From Bradymonadia bacterium (lineage in GTDB: Bacteria > Myxococcota_A > Bradymonadia > UBA7976 > UBA1532), in NCBI GenBank assembly GCA_046290225.1, contig JBKAGE010000063.1, positions 1-47,166 of the forward strand: DNA of 47,166 bases, written 5' to 3'. Every line of letters begins with the position of its first letter. Within the stretch, counting starts at the first letter, position 1. Below the pieces are notes generated by a model. That model did not search any database and was not told the origin of the DNA. It was given only the letters and a program-made list of their open reading frames with translations. Below, one piece after another: positions 17,301 through 24,696 of this stretch. The translations under genes were made by a program, and so were the position numbers.

Positions 17301-20300
17301 GATCTTCGACGCCTGTCGCCGTCCCTGTGATGTCGTGCCCGACGACGTGCCCTGCCCCGCCTGGTGCATGGACGAAGCCGGCAGCCAGTTCGACGACTGT
17401 GTCCTCGCGGGCAACCCCCCGAGCCTCTGCGCCGATCGGGTGCGCGCCAGCTACCGTCAATGCGCCGACAGCTTCTGTGGCGAAACCCCCTGCGTCGACA
17501 CCTGCCTCGACGAAGCTCAGGCGGCCGCTCGAGAGTGCGAAGCCTTGTTGGACGACCCCGCAGCCTTTGGCGAATGCATGGAGAGCATCGGCGACGGGGT
17601 TGAAGGGTGCATGGAGGCCTGCGGCTTCCCCTTGCCCGACGACGATCACTGCGACTTCGCCATGGGCTGTCACCACGATGGTGACGACTGCCGCTGTCCT
17701 GAGCCTGATCCGTGCCACATGGCCTGCTTCGACGAAGGGGCCCGCATCTTCGACGATTGTCTTCGCAGCGGGGTGCCGGAAGATCGCTGCCGCGAAGGCC
17801 GCGATGTCTTCATCGGTCACTGTGCCGACGCATGTCAGGTGGGCTGCCCCGCCGACTGCGCTCAGCCCGACGACGGCGCCTGTCATTGCCCTGAGCCTCC
17901 AGGGTGTGAAGAGGATTGTTTCGCCCGTGCCGACGAGGCCTTCGAGATGTGTGCCCGCAGCGGCGAGCCTCCTGAGGCCTGCGCCGAGATGCACCAGGGC
18001 ATGATCGAAGGCTGTATCCAGGGGTGTCAGCCTCACTGCGAGCCTGGCTGCCGGCCTGATGCTGCCGGCATCTGCCAGTGTGATCCGGGCCCTGGATGCG
18101 AAGACATGTGCCATGCAGACGCAGACAGGTTCTTCGAAGAGTGCCTGCAGTCAGGTGCAGCGCCTGAGCAATGCGAGCGTGACCGGGATCAGTTCATCGG
18201 TGAGTGCTTCATGGGGTGTATGCCCGGCTGCCCCGCCGATTGTGAGCAGCTCGACGATGGCGCCTGCCACTGCCCCGGCGACCCATGCATGGAGGGCTGC
18301 GCAGCTGAAATCGACCGTATCAAGGGCGAGTGTCAGGCCACTGGTGAGCCACAAGAGAACTGCGACGCCCGTGCTGAAGACTTCGCTCAGGGCTGCTTCG
18401 AGCAGTGCCAACCCCCCAGCTGCGAAGACATGTGCTTCCACGAGGCCGAGCGCGAGCTACAAGCCTGTATCGACGCAGGTGAAGATCCTGAACTGTGCGC
18501 CCAGGTACGTGACGACATCGCCAACAATTGTCTGCCAGGCTGTCACCCTGGTTGCCCACCTGACTGCGAGCTGGACGCCGATGGTGCCTGCAACTGCGAG
18601 CCTGGCCCGAGTTGCGAAGAGCAGTGCCACGACGAGGGCCGCCGTTTTGAAGATGACTGTCTCCAGAGCGGTGAAGATCCTCAGTTCTGCTCCAACGAAG
18701 CGCGCATGCACATCGATAGCTGTACCCAGAACTGCCAGCCTCATTGTCCCGCAGATTGCGAGCAGGACGCCGATGGTGCCTGCCACTGCGAGCCCGGCCC
18801 AGGCTGCGAGGAGAGCTGCCACAACGACGGCAACCGCCTCGAAGCGGAGTGTCTGGAGCGTGGTGAAGATCCGCAATTCTGTGCAGAGGAGCATCGGATG
18901 TTCCTCGACATGTGCCTCCCAGGCTGTGGTCCCCAATGCGGCCCAGGTTGCTGGCCTGATGCTGTAGGTGAGTGTCATTGCGACCCAGGCCCAGTATGTG
19001 AAGACATGTGCCTGCACAATGCAGACAGGTTCTTCGAAGAGTGCCTGCAATCAGGCATGGCGCCCGAACAGTGCGAGCGTGACCGGGATCAGTTCATCGG
19101 TGAGTGCTTCATGGGCTGTGGGCCCGGCTGCCCCGCCGATTGTGAACCGAGCCCCGATGGTGCCTGTCACTGTCCCGGCGACCCGTGCATGGAAGGCTGT
19201 GCTGCCGAGATCGAGCGCATCAAGAGCGAATGCCAGGAGACCGGCGAGCCCCAGGAGAACTGCGACGCACGCGCCCAGGACTTCGCCCTGGGTTGCTTCG
19301 AACAGTGTCAGCCCCCCAGATGTGAGGCGCAATGCCACGAGGAGGGCGGGCGCATCGAGGCTGACTGCCTCCAGCAAGGCCTCTCACCAGAGATGTGCGC
19401 CGACGAGTACCAACGCTTCGTCGACATGTGTATTCCCAGCTGTAACCCCGGCTGCCCTGCAGATTGTGAGCAGGATGCGGATGGCGCGTGCCACTGCCCC
19501 GAGCCGCCTCACTGTGAAGATCACTGTCATCTCGAGGCCGATCGCATGCGTGAAGCCTGTTACACCGATGGCGGCGAGCCAGGACAGTGCGAGCAGGATT
19601 ACGATCAGTTCGTGAACGACTGCATGCAGGGCTGTGTGCCCCACTGCGACCCTGGCTGCTGGCCCGATGACATGGGCAACTGCCACTGTGATCCAGGCCC
19701 AGGTTGTGAAGAGCAGTGCCACGACGACGGCAGCCGCATCGAGGCGGAGTGCCTGGAGCGCGGCGAAGATCCGCAATTCTGTGCTGAGGAGCATCGGATG
19801 TTCCTCGACATGTGCCTCCCTGGGTGCGGCCCCCAGTGCGACCCGGGTTGCTGGCCTGATGCAGCCGGCGTCTGCCAGTGTGATCCCGGCCAGGGTTGTG
19901 AAGATGTCTGCCTGCACGATGCAGACAGGCTCTTCGAAGAGTGCCTGCAGTCAGGTGCAGCGCCTGAGCAATGCGAGCGCGACCGAGATCAGTTCATCGG
20001 TGAGTGCTTCATGGGGTGTGAGCCCGGCTGCCCCGCCGATTGTGAACCGAGCCCCGATGGCGCCTGTCACTGCCCCGGCGACCCGTGCATGGAAGGCTGC
20101 GCAGCTGAAATCGACCGCATCAAGGGCGAGTGTCAGGCCACTGGTGAGCCACAAGAGAACTGCGACGCCCGTGCTGAAGACTTCGCTCAGGGCTGCTTCG
20201 AGCAGTGCCAACCCCCCAGCTGCGAAGACATGTGCTTCCACGAGGCCGAGCGCGAGCTCCAAGCCTGCCTTGACGCCGGTGAAGACCCTGAACTGTGCGC

Positions 20301-22254
20301 CCAGGTACGTGACGACATCGCCAACAGTTGTCTGCCGGGTTGTCACCCTGGCTGCCCCGCAGATTGCGAGCTGGACGCCGATGGTGCCTGCCACTGCGAG
20401 CCCGGCCCGGGATGTGAGGAGACGTGTCAGGATGAGGGCCGCAATCTCGAAGAGGATTGCCTCAATCGTGGTGAAGACCCCGCATTCTGTGCAGACGACC
20501 ATCGCCAGTTCGTCGACATGTGTATACAGAGCTGCCAGCCCGGCTGCCCTCTAGACTGTGAAGTGCAGGCTGACGGAGTATGCCACTGTCCTGACGCCCC
20601 CCGCTGCGATGAACAGTGTCACATCGATGCCGACGCCATCCGCGAAGCGTGCTACGTCGACGGGGTCGACCCGAACCAGTGTGAGCAGGACCACGAGCGC
20701 TTCATCCGTGACTGTGTGCAAAGCTGCGGGCCGGTGAGCTGCGAGGATGACTGTCACCAGCAGGCGGCTCAGGTAGATGCCCAGTGCGAAGCTCAGGGCC
20801 TTGATCCGGAAACCTGCGCTGAGGAACACCGGATGTTCCTCGACATGTGCCTCCCAGGATGTATCCCCGAGTGCCCTGCAGAGTGTGTCCCCCTCGCTGA
20901 CGGTTCGTGTGACTGCCCTCAAGAGTGTGAGGGCAGCTGTGATGCCGATGCACAGATGGCCTTCGACCTTTGCCTGCAAGAAGGACAGGACGAAAACATC
21001 TGCCAGCTCGTCTTCGACGACACACGTCGAGCCTGTATGGAAGGTTGTGGGGTGCCTCAGTGTGAGCCCGGCTGTGCCCCAGCCGCCGACGGCACCTGTC
21101 ACTGCGAGCCCCTGGACTGCATGCAGCAGTGCGCCCATCAGGCACAGAACGAGGTCGACAACTGCATCAATGCCGGTGAAGACCCCGCTGTCTGTGAGTC
21201 ACAGCATCAAGAGATCTTCGATGGTTGCGCTCAGGCCTGTGGGCCGGGCCCGGATCCAGAGGTGCCCTGTGAAGAGGGCTGCATGATCGGCGCCGACCAA
21301 TTCTTCCAGGACTGCTTGAGTACAGGTGCCGACGAGGCACAATGCCAGTCAGATCGCCAAAGCTTCGCCGATGCCTGTCTTGCTGGCTGTGATCCCATGG
21401 AGCCGCCCTTCTGCGACGCCGACCAGGGCTGCTTCGTAGACGCCGCCGGTGTCTGCCAGTGTGGTGGCGGGGATCCCTGTGAAGAGTCCTGCCACATCGA
21501 CGCTCAGCTGGCCTTCGATCAGTGTGCAGCAGAAGGTGGTGTCCCAGACGCCTGTCAGCAGGCTTTCGATGATGTCTTGTCCCAGTGTCTCCCTCTCTGC
21601 CACGAGGCCCCCTGCCCCGAGCATTGCGAGATCGATCCCACTGGGATGTGCATGTGTCCGCCGCCTCAGTGCGACCCTCAGTGTGAGGTGGGTCCTCAAG
21701 GCGAGTGCATGTGTGAGCCCGGTGGTTGCGAAGCACAATGCCACGCAGATGCAGCGGATGGCATGGACAACTGCCTGTCGGTGGGCATCAGCCCCGAGGA
21801 GTGCGAAGCCGAGACTCAGAACTTCCTCGATGGGTGCCTGCAGCAGTGCACCCCCCCGCCCCCACCTCCACCCCCTCAGTGTGAGCCTGGTTGTTGGGTG
21901 GGCCGCAGCGGTCAATGTGAATGCGACCGGGCGGCCCTGTGTGAAGATCTCTGCTTCATCGAGGCCGATCATCACCGCGAGCTCTGCCCCGAGGACGATT
22001 TCCAATGTGACGCGCTCCACCAACAGCACGTGGAGATGTGCCTGCCAGGCTGCCTCGAGCCTTGTGCCCCAGGCTGTGCCCCCACTGCCGATGGCACCTG
22101 CGACTGTGCCAACCTCGTGTGTGAAGATGTCTGCGTGATCGCTGCCGACGACGCGTTCTATCAGTGTGCGATCTCCGGTGAGCCCCTCGAGGGGTGCGCC
22201 GTGCATCGCCGTGGTGAGATCGACAGCTGCATGCAGGCCTGCGGCGCCCGCTGA
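14305..22254 (+). CDS. Giant Cys-rich repetitive lipoprotein (2,649 aa), function unknown
   Basis: GGAGGA RBS before ATG 14305. Signal MKHAHRQGLGGLLLALSVAAVGG-C. About 45 copies (hand count) of C-x3-C-x10-C-x9-C-x10-C-x3/4-C, many followed by C-x3-C-x7-C-x-C. Strongly acidic, very few Lys. Confidence 0.9.
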   Translation: MKHAHRQGLGGLLLALSVAAVGGCSDEHATPPTDQPKSASPADQTAGEGDLVLGVTSDTLDAECIPSCETEGRKYMRRCMALGETLDTCRGQMEPLLDRCIDACAADDPEAPTCADRCAYDERLVGLTCLMEGEPPVTCTAQAERAVQSCEAVKCAAPEEDPVAGCFIDCSRQASEVASLCSDLLGDADHPLCVGKYQRSFGSCAAECPEPSPRTCEVDCRTQAPWVTQGCVEGGGDPERCEAHSRDHVSWCVNTHCVAAPAETCESLCRREAGQMAGACAAAGTPIEICRDEARQMEVQCRESRCERSCEDTCQLESEQGLRRCLSLGEAPPSECLETAHQGLHVCHVIECGAEPREETCHETCGAQGDALQRYCDRTAGISADQCAGWRRQFVEACEADRCPPPPVPCDQECLDGTLAALSNCLGNGGDRSFCLDTAERGLNQCLELRCDIDSPEPPACEGFECDQQACDAICRPRANLIFDACISSGEPPEMCEMQAGEYRRSCVDACLPPVPETCEEGCALRAAQARAACDEVNDGQADCDAVAEQVAQVCLMERCDDDVDQPPCEQACVIGRLEDFTLCVGLGRDVTECAAAIQIDAQACVQTCFDGPPTCEGECLMSSIDVFTECLAAGGTLEACGDRTAEHSEICEWQCERTPEHCADRCRPVAEARFERCLESGERPDVCQDQFVDQLDHCLSTCDQPCPEGCHPEADGTCFCPDEPLTCADECERQDRDRLRICEENRWDAETCEQFLDNTRDPIDACFAQCERPCAPGCDLDAAGACHCPDDDRQCSDRCREEATHQLTECTLAGEPPEACIEATEATFDICRAGCVDQCPADCMVFDGECLCDVPCEAACQMEVEEACDRGEHQAPWCDSAAQRGAHQAACRLRCDAEEGSCVDQCTRLGEIELLSCNAENPDAPEACQDRRNAVRAECFEGCGPICEPGCAPNDVGECICDAPTPCEAPCIERAAAAQQTCLAQGETPQQCQLQARQIFDACRRPCDVVPDDVPCPAWCMDEAGSQFDDCVLAGNPPSLCADRVRASYRQCADSFCGETPCVDTCLDEAQAAARECEALLDDPAAFGECMESIGDGVEGCMEACGFPLPDDDHCDFAMGCHHDGDDCRCPEPDPCHMACFDEGARIFDDCLRSGVPEDRCREGRDVFIGHCADACQVGCPADCAQPDDGACHCPEPPGCEEDCFARADEAFEMCARSGEPPEACAEMHQGMIEGCIQGCQPHCEPGCRPDAAGICQCDPGPGCEDMCHADADRFFEECLQSGAAPEQCERDRDQFIGECFMGCMPGCPADCEQLDDGACHCPGDPCMEGCAAEIDRIKGECQATGEPQENCDARAEDFAQGCFEQCQPPSCEDMCFHEAERELQACIDAGEDPELCAQVRDDIANNCLPGCHPGCPPDCELDADGACNCEPGPSCEEQCHDEGRRFEDDCLQSGEDPQFCSNEARMHIDSCTQNCQPHCPADCEQDADGACHCEPGPGCEESCHNDGNRLEAECLERGEDPQFCAEEHRMFLDMCLPGCGPQCGPGCWPDAVGECHCDPGPVCEDMCLHNADRFFEECLQSGMAPEQCERDRDQFIGECFMGCGPGCPADCEPSPDGACHCPGDPCMEGCAAEIERIKSECQETGEPQENCDARAQDFALGCFEQCQPPRCEAQCHEEGGRIEADCLQQGLSPEMCADEYQRFVDMCIPSCNPGCPADCEQDADGACHCPEPPHCEDHCHLEADRMREACYTDGGEPGQCEQDYDQFVNDCMQGCVPHCDPGCWPDDMGNCHCDPGPGCEEQCHDDGSRIEAECLERGEDPQFCAEEHRMFLDMCLPGCGPQCDPGCWPDAAGVCQCDPGQGCEDVCLHDADRLFEECLQSGAAPEQCERDRDQFIGECFMGCEPGCPADCEPSPDGACHCPGDPCMEGCAAEIDRIKGECQATGEPQENCDARAEDFAQGCFEQCQPPSCEDMCFHEAERELQACLDAGEDPELCAQVRDDIANSCLPGCHPGCPADCELDADGACHCEPGPGCEETCQDEGRNLEEDCLNRGEDPAFCADDHRQFVDMCIQSCQPGCPLDCEVQADGVCHCPDAPRCDEQCHIDADAIREACYVDGVDPNQCEQDHERFIRDCVQSCGPVSCEDDCHQQAAQVDAQCEAQGLDPETCAEEHRMFLDMCLPGCIPECPAECVPLADGSCDCPQECEGSCDADAQMAFDLCLQEGQDENICQLVFDDTRRACMEGCGVPQCEPGCAPAADGTCHCEPLDCMQQCAHQAQNEVDNCINAGEDPAVCESQHQEIFDGCAQACGPGPDPEVPCEEGCMIGADQFFQDCLSTGADEAQCQSDRQSFADACLAGCDPMEPPFCDADQGCFVDAAGVCQCGGGDPCEESCHIDAQLAFDQCAAEGGVPDACQQAFDDVLSQCLPLCHEAPCPEHCEIDPTGMCMCPPPQCDPQCEVGPQGECMCEPGGCEAQCHADAADGMDNCLSVGISPEECEAETQNFLDGCLQQCTPPPPPPPPQCEPGCWVGRSGQCECDRAALCEDLCFIEADHHRELCPEDDFQCDALHQQHVEMCLPGCLEPCAPGCAPTADGTCDCANLVCEDVCVIAADDAFYQCAISGEPLEGCAVHRRGEIDSCMQACGAR
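18040..20733 (+). repeat. Three 900-bp (300-aa) higher-order tandem repeat units inside the giant Cys-rich gene
   Basis: GCAGACAGG(T/C)TCTTCGAAGAGTGCCTGCA recurs at 18121, 19021 and 19921. 18361-18420 is identical to 20161-20220. Confidence 0.9.
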
Positions 22255-22358
22255 GCAGCGTCTTTACCTCAGCGGATGAATGGCCGATGAGGGAATGGTT
22301 GTGTTAGAGGTCCTCACGATACCCGACCTTTGACACGCCACCCCCGACGAGGCTTCGC

Positions 22359-24365
22359 ATGCGCTCTTCCCTCCTCCGTGGGCTCCCCCTGATCGCCCTC
22401 ACACTCTGCAGCACTGTCGGCTGTGATCGCGACGCGGGCGGTGGCACCGCCCAAGCCGCGCCGCCGGCGGTCACCACTGGCGCCACCATCCTGGCCGCGC
22501 CAGCAGGCCGCAACGTCAAGATCCCCCAACCCACGAAGCTCACAGCGGTGCATCAGCACGGCCAGACCTTCATCAGCTGGGACGAGGTCGGTGGCAAGAA
22601 GGGGCGCTATCAGATCTACCGGCTGCACCAGCCCATCACCGCCGCCAACATCAACACCGCCACCCTGCTCGCCGAGGTGGGACAGGGATCAGCCCGCTGG
22701 TACGCCAACCGCTCCATCAAGGACACAGGTGAGTGGTACTGGCGGTATGGCGAGCAGCTGGTGAACCCAGACGGCACTCGCGTGCCCAAGGGCCGTGGGC
22801 TGCTGGTCTGGACCATCGGCAAAGCAGATCCGACGCCGAGTTACTACGCTGTGGTCAGCGCCAACAGCAAAGGCGCCAACCGCACCGAGTTCGGCCCAGG
22901 CAACAGCGTAGGCCCCATCGAAGAGTCCATTGCTGACCCACGCCCCATCGAGGTGGCCGACGCCGACATCGGCCCTCAGGGTCACCTGATGGTGCAGTAC
23001 ATGGATCTGCGCAATTACAACGGCACCTTTCACGCCCCAGGGCCCCACAACAAGTTCCTGGGCCTGCCAGAGGGTGATCCTGGGCGCGCGCACCAGCTCG
23101 CCTATGCCCATGATTACGGGGTGTACGAGCCTGAGCCAGGCAAGTGCCAGCCCGGGCAGAAGATCGCGGTCATCCTCAAACCTCACGGTTGGGGCGGTGG
23201 CCGCTACAAGCCCGCCACGCGGAACCCGGATCCGTGGTGGTGTGCCTTCATGATCTTCCCCATCGATCAGGGGCAGACGTGGCACTTCGGCTTCGGCCGC
23301 AAGACCGACTACCGCAAGGGCAAGCCCCCTGCGGCAGGCGACGAGATCGTGAACTACACCGAGGCCCGCGAGGTCCGCATGGTGCACGACCTGCTCAACG
23401 ATCCGAAGTTCAGTTCGATGGTGGATCGCGAGCGCGTCTATGCCTTCGGACACTCCATGGGTGGCAGCGGCGCCCTGGCCCTCGCCATGCGCTACCCGGA
23501 TCTCTTCGCCGCCACCTACGCCGCCTCTCCCATGGCCAACTACCGCACCTCGGGCAGTGGCGGCGGCGCCAACTGGGTGAACGACGTGACCCCGAAGTGG
23601 GGCAGCCCCGATCTCAACCTGCCGGTGGTTCTCCAATTCCCAGGGGGCTATGGCGCTCACCTCAAGCAGTACGAGGGGACCGGCGTCTGGGACTGGCAAA
23701 ACCATGTTCAACAGCTTCGAAGCCGTACTGCTGATCCGATGGCCCCTCTGGGCGTACTCCATGGCACCGCCGACCGCCAGGTGAACTGGTCGACTCAAGC
23801 AGTCGAGCTGTTCCCGGCCCTCGACGCGGGCAAACGCACCTGGTCCGCTGCTGCGACCACCGCTGGTCACAACTGGCAGGGCTTCCGGGGCCTCGGCGGC
23901 CCGCTCCGCGCACCACAGGGCGCCCCATTCGACCAGCTTCGAGTCGTCAAGAGCGAGACGATCCCAGGCATCAGCAACGTGAGCAGCAACCCTGCGCTCA
24001 ACCCCCCGGTCGCCGGCCTCTACAATCACCAGATCTACTGGTCGTCGTCCTGGTTGTCCTGGGATGGCAAGCCCATCGATCAGGCGGAGCGCTGGCGCAT
24101 CAGCCTGTGCACCTCGGCACCGAACGAGGCCCGCTGTGGCTCCGGCGCACCGGCGACGGTGGACATCACCCCCCGCCGCACGCAGAAGTTCAAGATCACC
24201 CCCAAGGGCAACTACATCTGGAAGCTCAAGCTGAAGCGCAACAACGCCCTCATCGGCTCGGGTCAGATCACCGCCGACGAGCACGGCGTGCTCACGGTGC
24301 CCCAGGTGAAGATCGATCCCCAGGGTGTCCGACTGGAGATCAACCCCTTCAACCCGGGCAAGTGA
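22359..24365 (+). CDS. Lipoprotein alpha/beta-fold serine hydrolase (esterase / S9 peptidase-like)
   Basis: Lipobox TVG-C, nucleophile elbow VYAFGHSMGGSGA, oxyanion-like PHGWGG, candidate Asp (HGTADRQV) and His (AGHNW). Confidence 0.8.
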   Translation: MRSSLLRGLPLIALTLCSTVGCDRDAGGGTAQAAPPAVTTGATILAAPAGRNVKIPQPTKLTAVHQHGQTFISWDEVGGKKGRYQIYRLHQPITAANINTATLLAEVGQGSARWYANRSIKDTGEWYWRYGEQLVNPDGTRVPKGRGLLVWTIGKADPTPSYYAVVSANSKGANRTEFGPGNSVGPIEESIADPRPIEVADADIGPQGHLMVQYMDLRNYNGTFHAPGPHNKFLGLPEGDPGRAHQLAYAHDYGVYEPEPGKCQPGQKIAVILKPHGWGGGRYKPATRNPDPWWCAFMIFPIDQGQTWHFGFGRKTDYRKGKPPAAGDEIVNYTEAREVRMVHDLLNDPKFSSMVDRERVYAFGHSMGGSGALALAMRYPDLFAATYAASPMANYRTSGSGGGANWVNDVTPKWGSPDLNLPVVLQFPGGYGAHLKQYEGTGVWDWQNHVQQLRSRTADPMAPLGVLHGTADRQVNWSTQAVELFPALDAGKRTWSAAATTAGHNWQGFRGLGGPLRAPQGAPFDQLRVVKSETIPGISNVSSNPALNPPVAGLYNHQIYWSSSWLSWDGKPIDQAERWRISLCTSAPNEARCGSGAPATVDITPRRTQKFKITPKGNYIWKLKLKRNNALIGSGQITADEHGVLTVPQVKIDPQGVRLEINPFNPGK

Positions 24366-24411
24366 TTTACGCTCTGCAACCGAAACCCGCCTCTCCAGCA
24401 TCATTGCTCAC

Positions 24412-24588
24412 ATGAGTCATGACGCCCTCCCCTTCCCTCGAAGCCTCTGTCATCGCTGCAAACACGTGAAGGTGATCCGCAGCGGCAAGGGCACAGTGTT
24501 CTTGATGTGCACCACACTGCCCCGAAAGTATCTGCCCCAGCCTCGCTTGCGCTGTGAGGCCTTCGAGGCGAAGCAGCCTTCGCGCTGA
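24412..24588 (+). CDS. Small four-Cys protein (58 aa), possible metal-binding
   Basis: MSHDALPFPRSLCHRCKHVKVIRSGKGTVFLMCTTLPRKYLPQPRLRCEAFE: CxxCxH...FLMC...KY.PQP.L.C. Fits the gap after the hydrolase. Confidence 0.7.
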   Translation: MSHDALPFPRSLCHRCKHVKVIRSGKGTVFLMCTTLPRKYLPQPRLRCEAFEAKQPSR

Positions 24589-24589
24589 G

Positions 24590-24626
24590 GAGCGGACGGC
24601 CGTGCCTTTGGCACCGCCGTCCGCTC
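24590..24626. repeat. Palindromic REP-like element / possible terminator
   Basis: GAGCGGACGGC-c-GTGCC-ttt-GGCAC-c-GCCGTCCGCTC hairpin immediately after a stop codon. Related copy at 29258-29339. Confidence 0.8.
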
Positions 24627-24696
24627 AAAATTTAGATCCTTTCACAGACCTGGACGAATCACCCTCCACCTCAGAGACTGTCACCCCCTTCTCCTT

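Noticed and set aside
15103..18114. 1,003-aa minus-strand ORF and other long antisense ORFs inside the giant Cys-rich gene
   Set aside because: Antisense shadow of a GC-rich, codon-biased repeat gene. Ala/Leu/Thr-rich with no motifs, whereas the + frame has an RBS, a lipobox and a coherent Cys pattern.
18097..21750. Recurrent C-x3-C-H motifs (CEDMCH, CEEQCH, CEESCH) suggesting an atypical multiheme cytochrome
   Set aside because: No canonical CxxCH seen. His is absent at that position in most equivalent modules (F, L, A, Q instead), and the even, symmetric Cys spacing is better explained by disulfides. A heme stain would settle it.
22689..24404. 571-aa minus-strand ORF
   Set aside because: Antisense shadow of the serine hydrolase gene.
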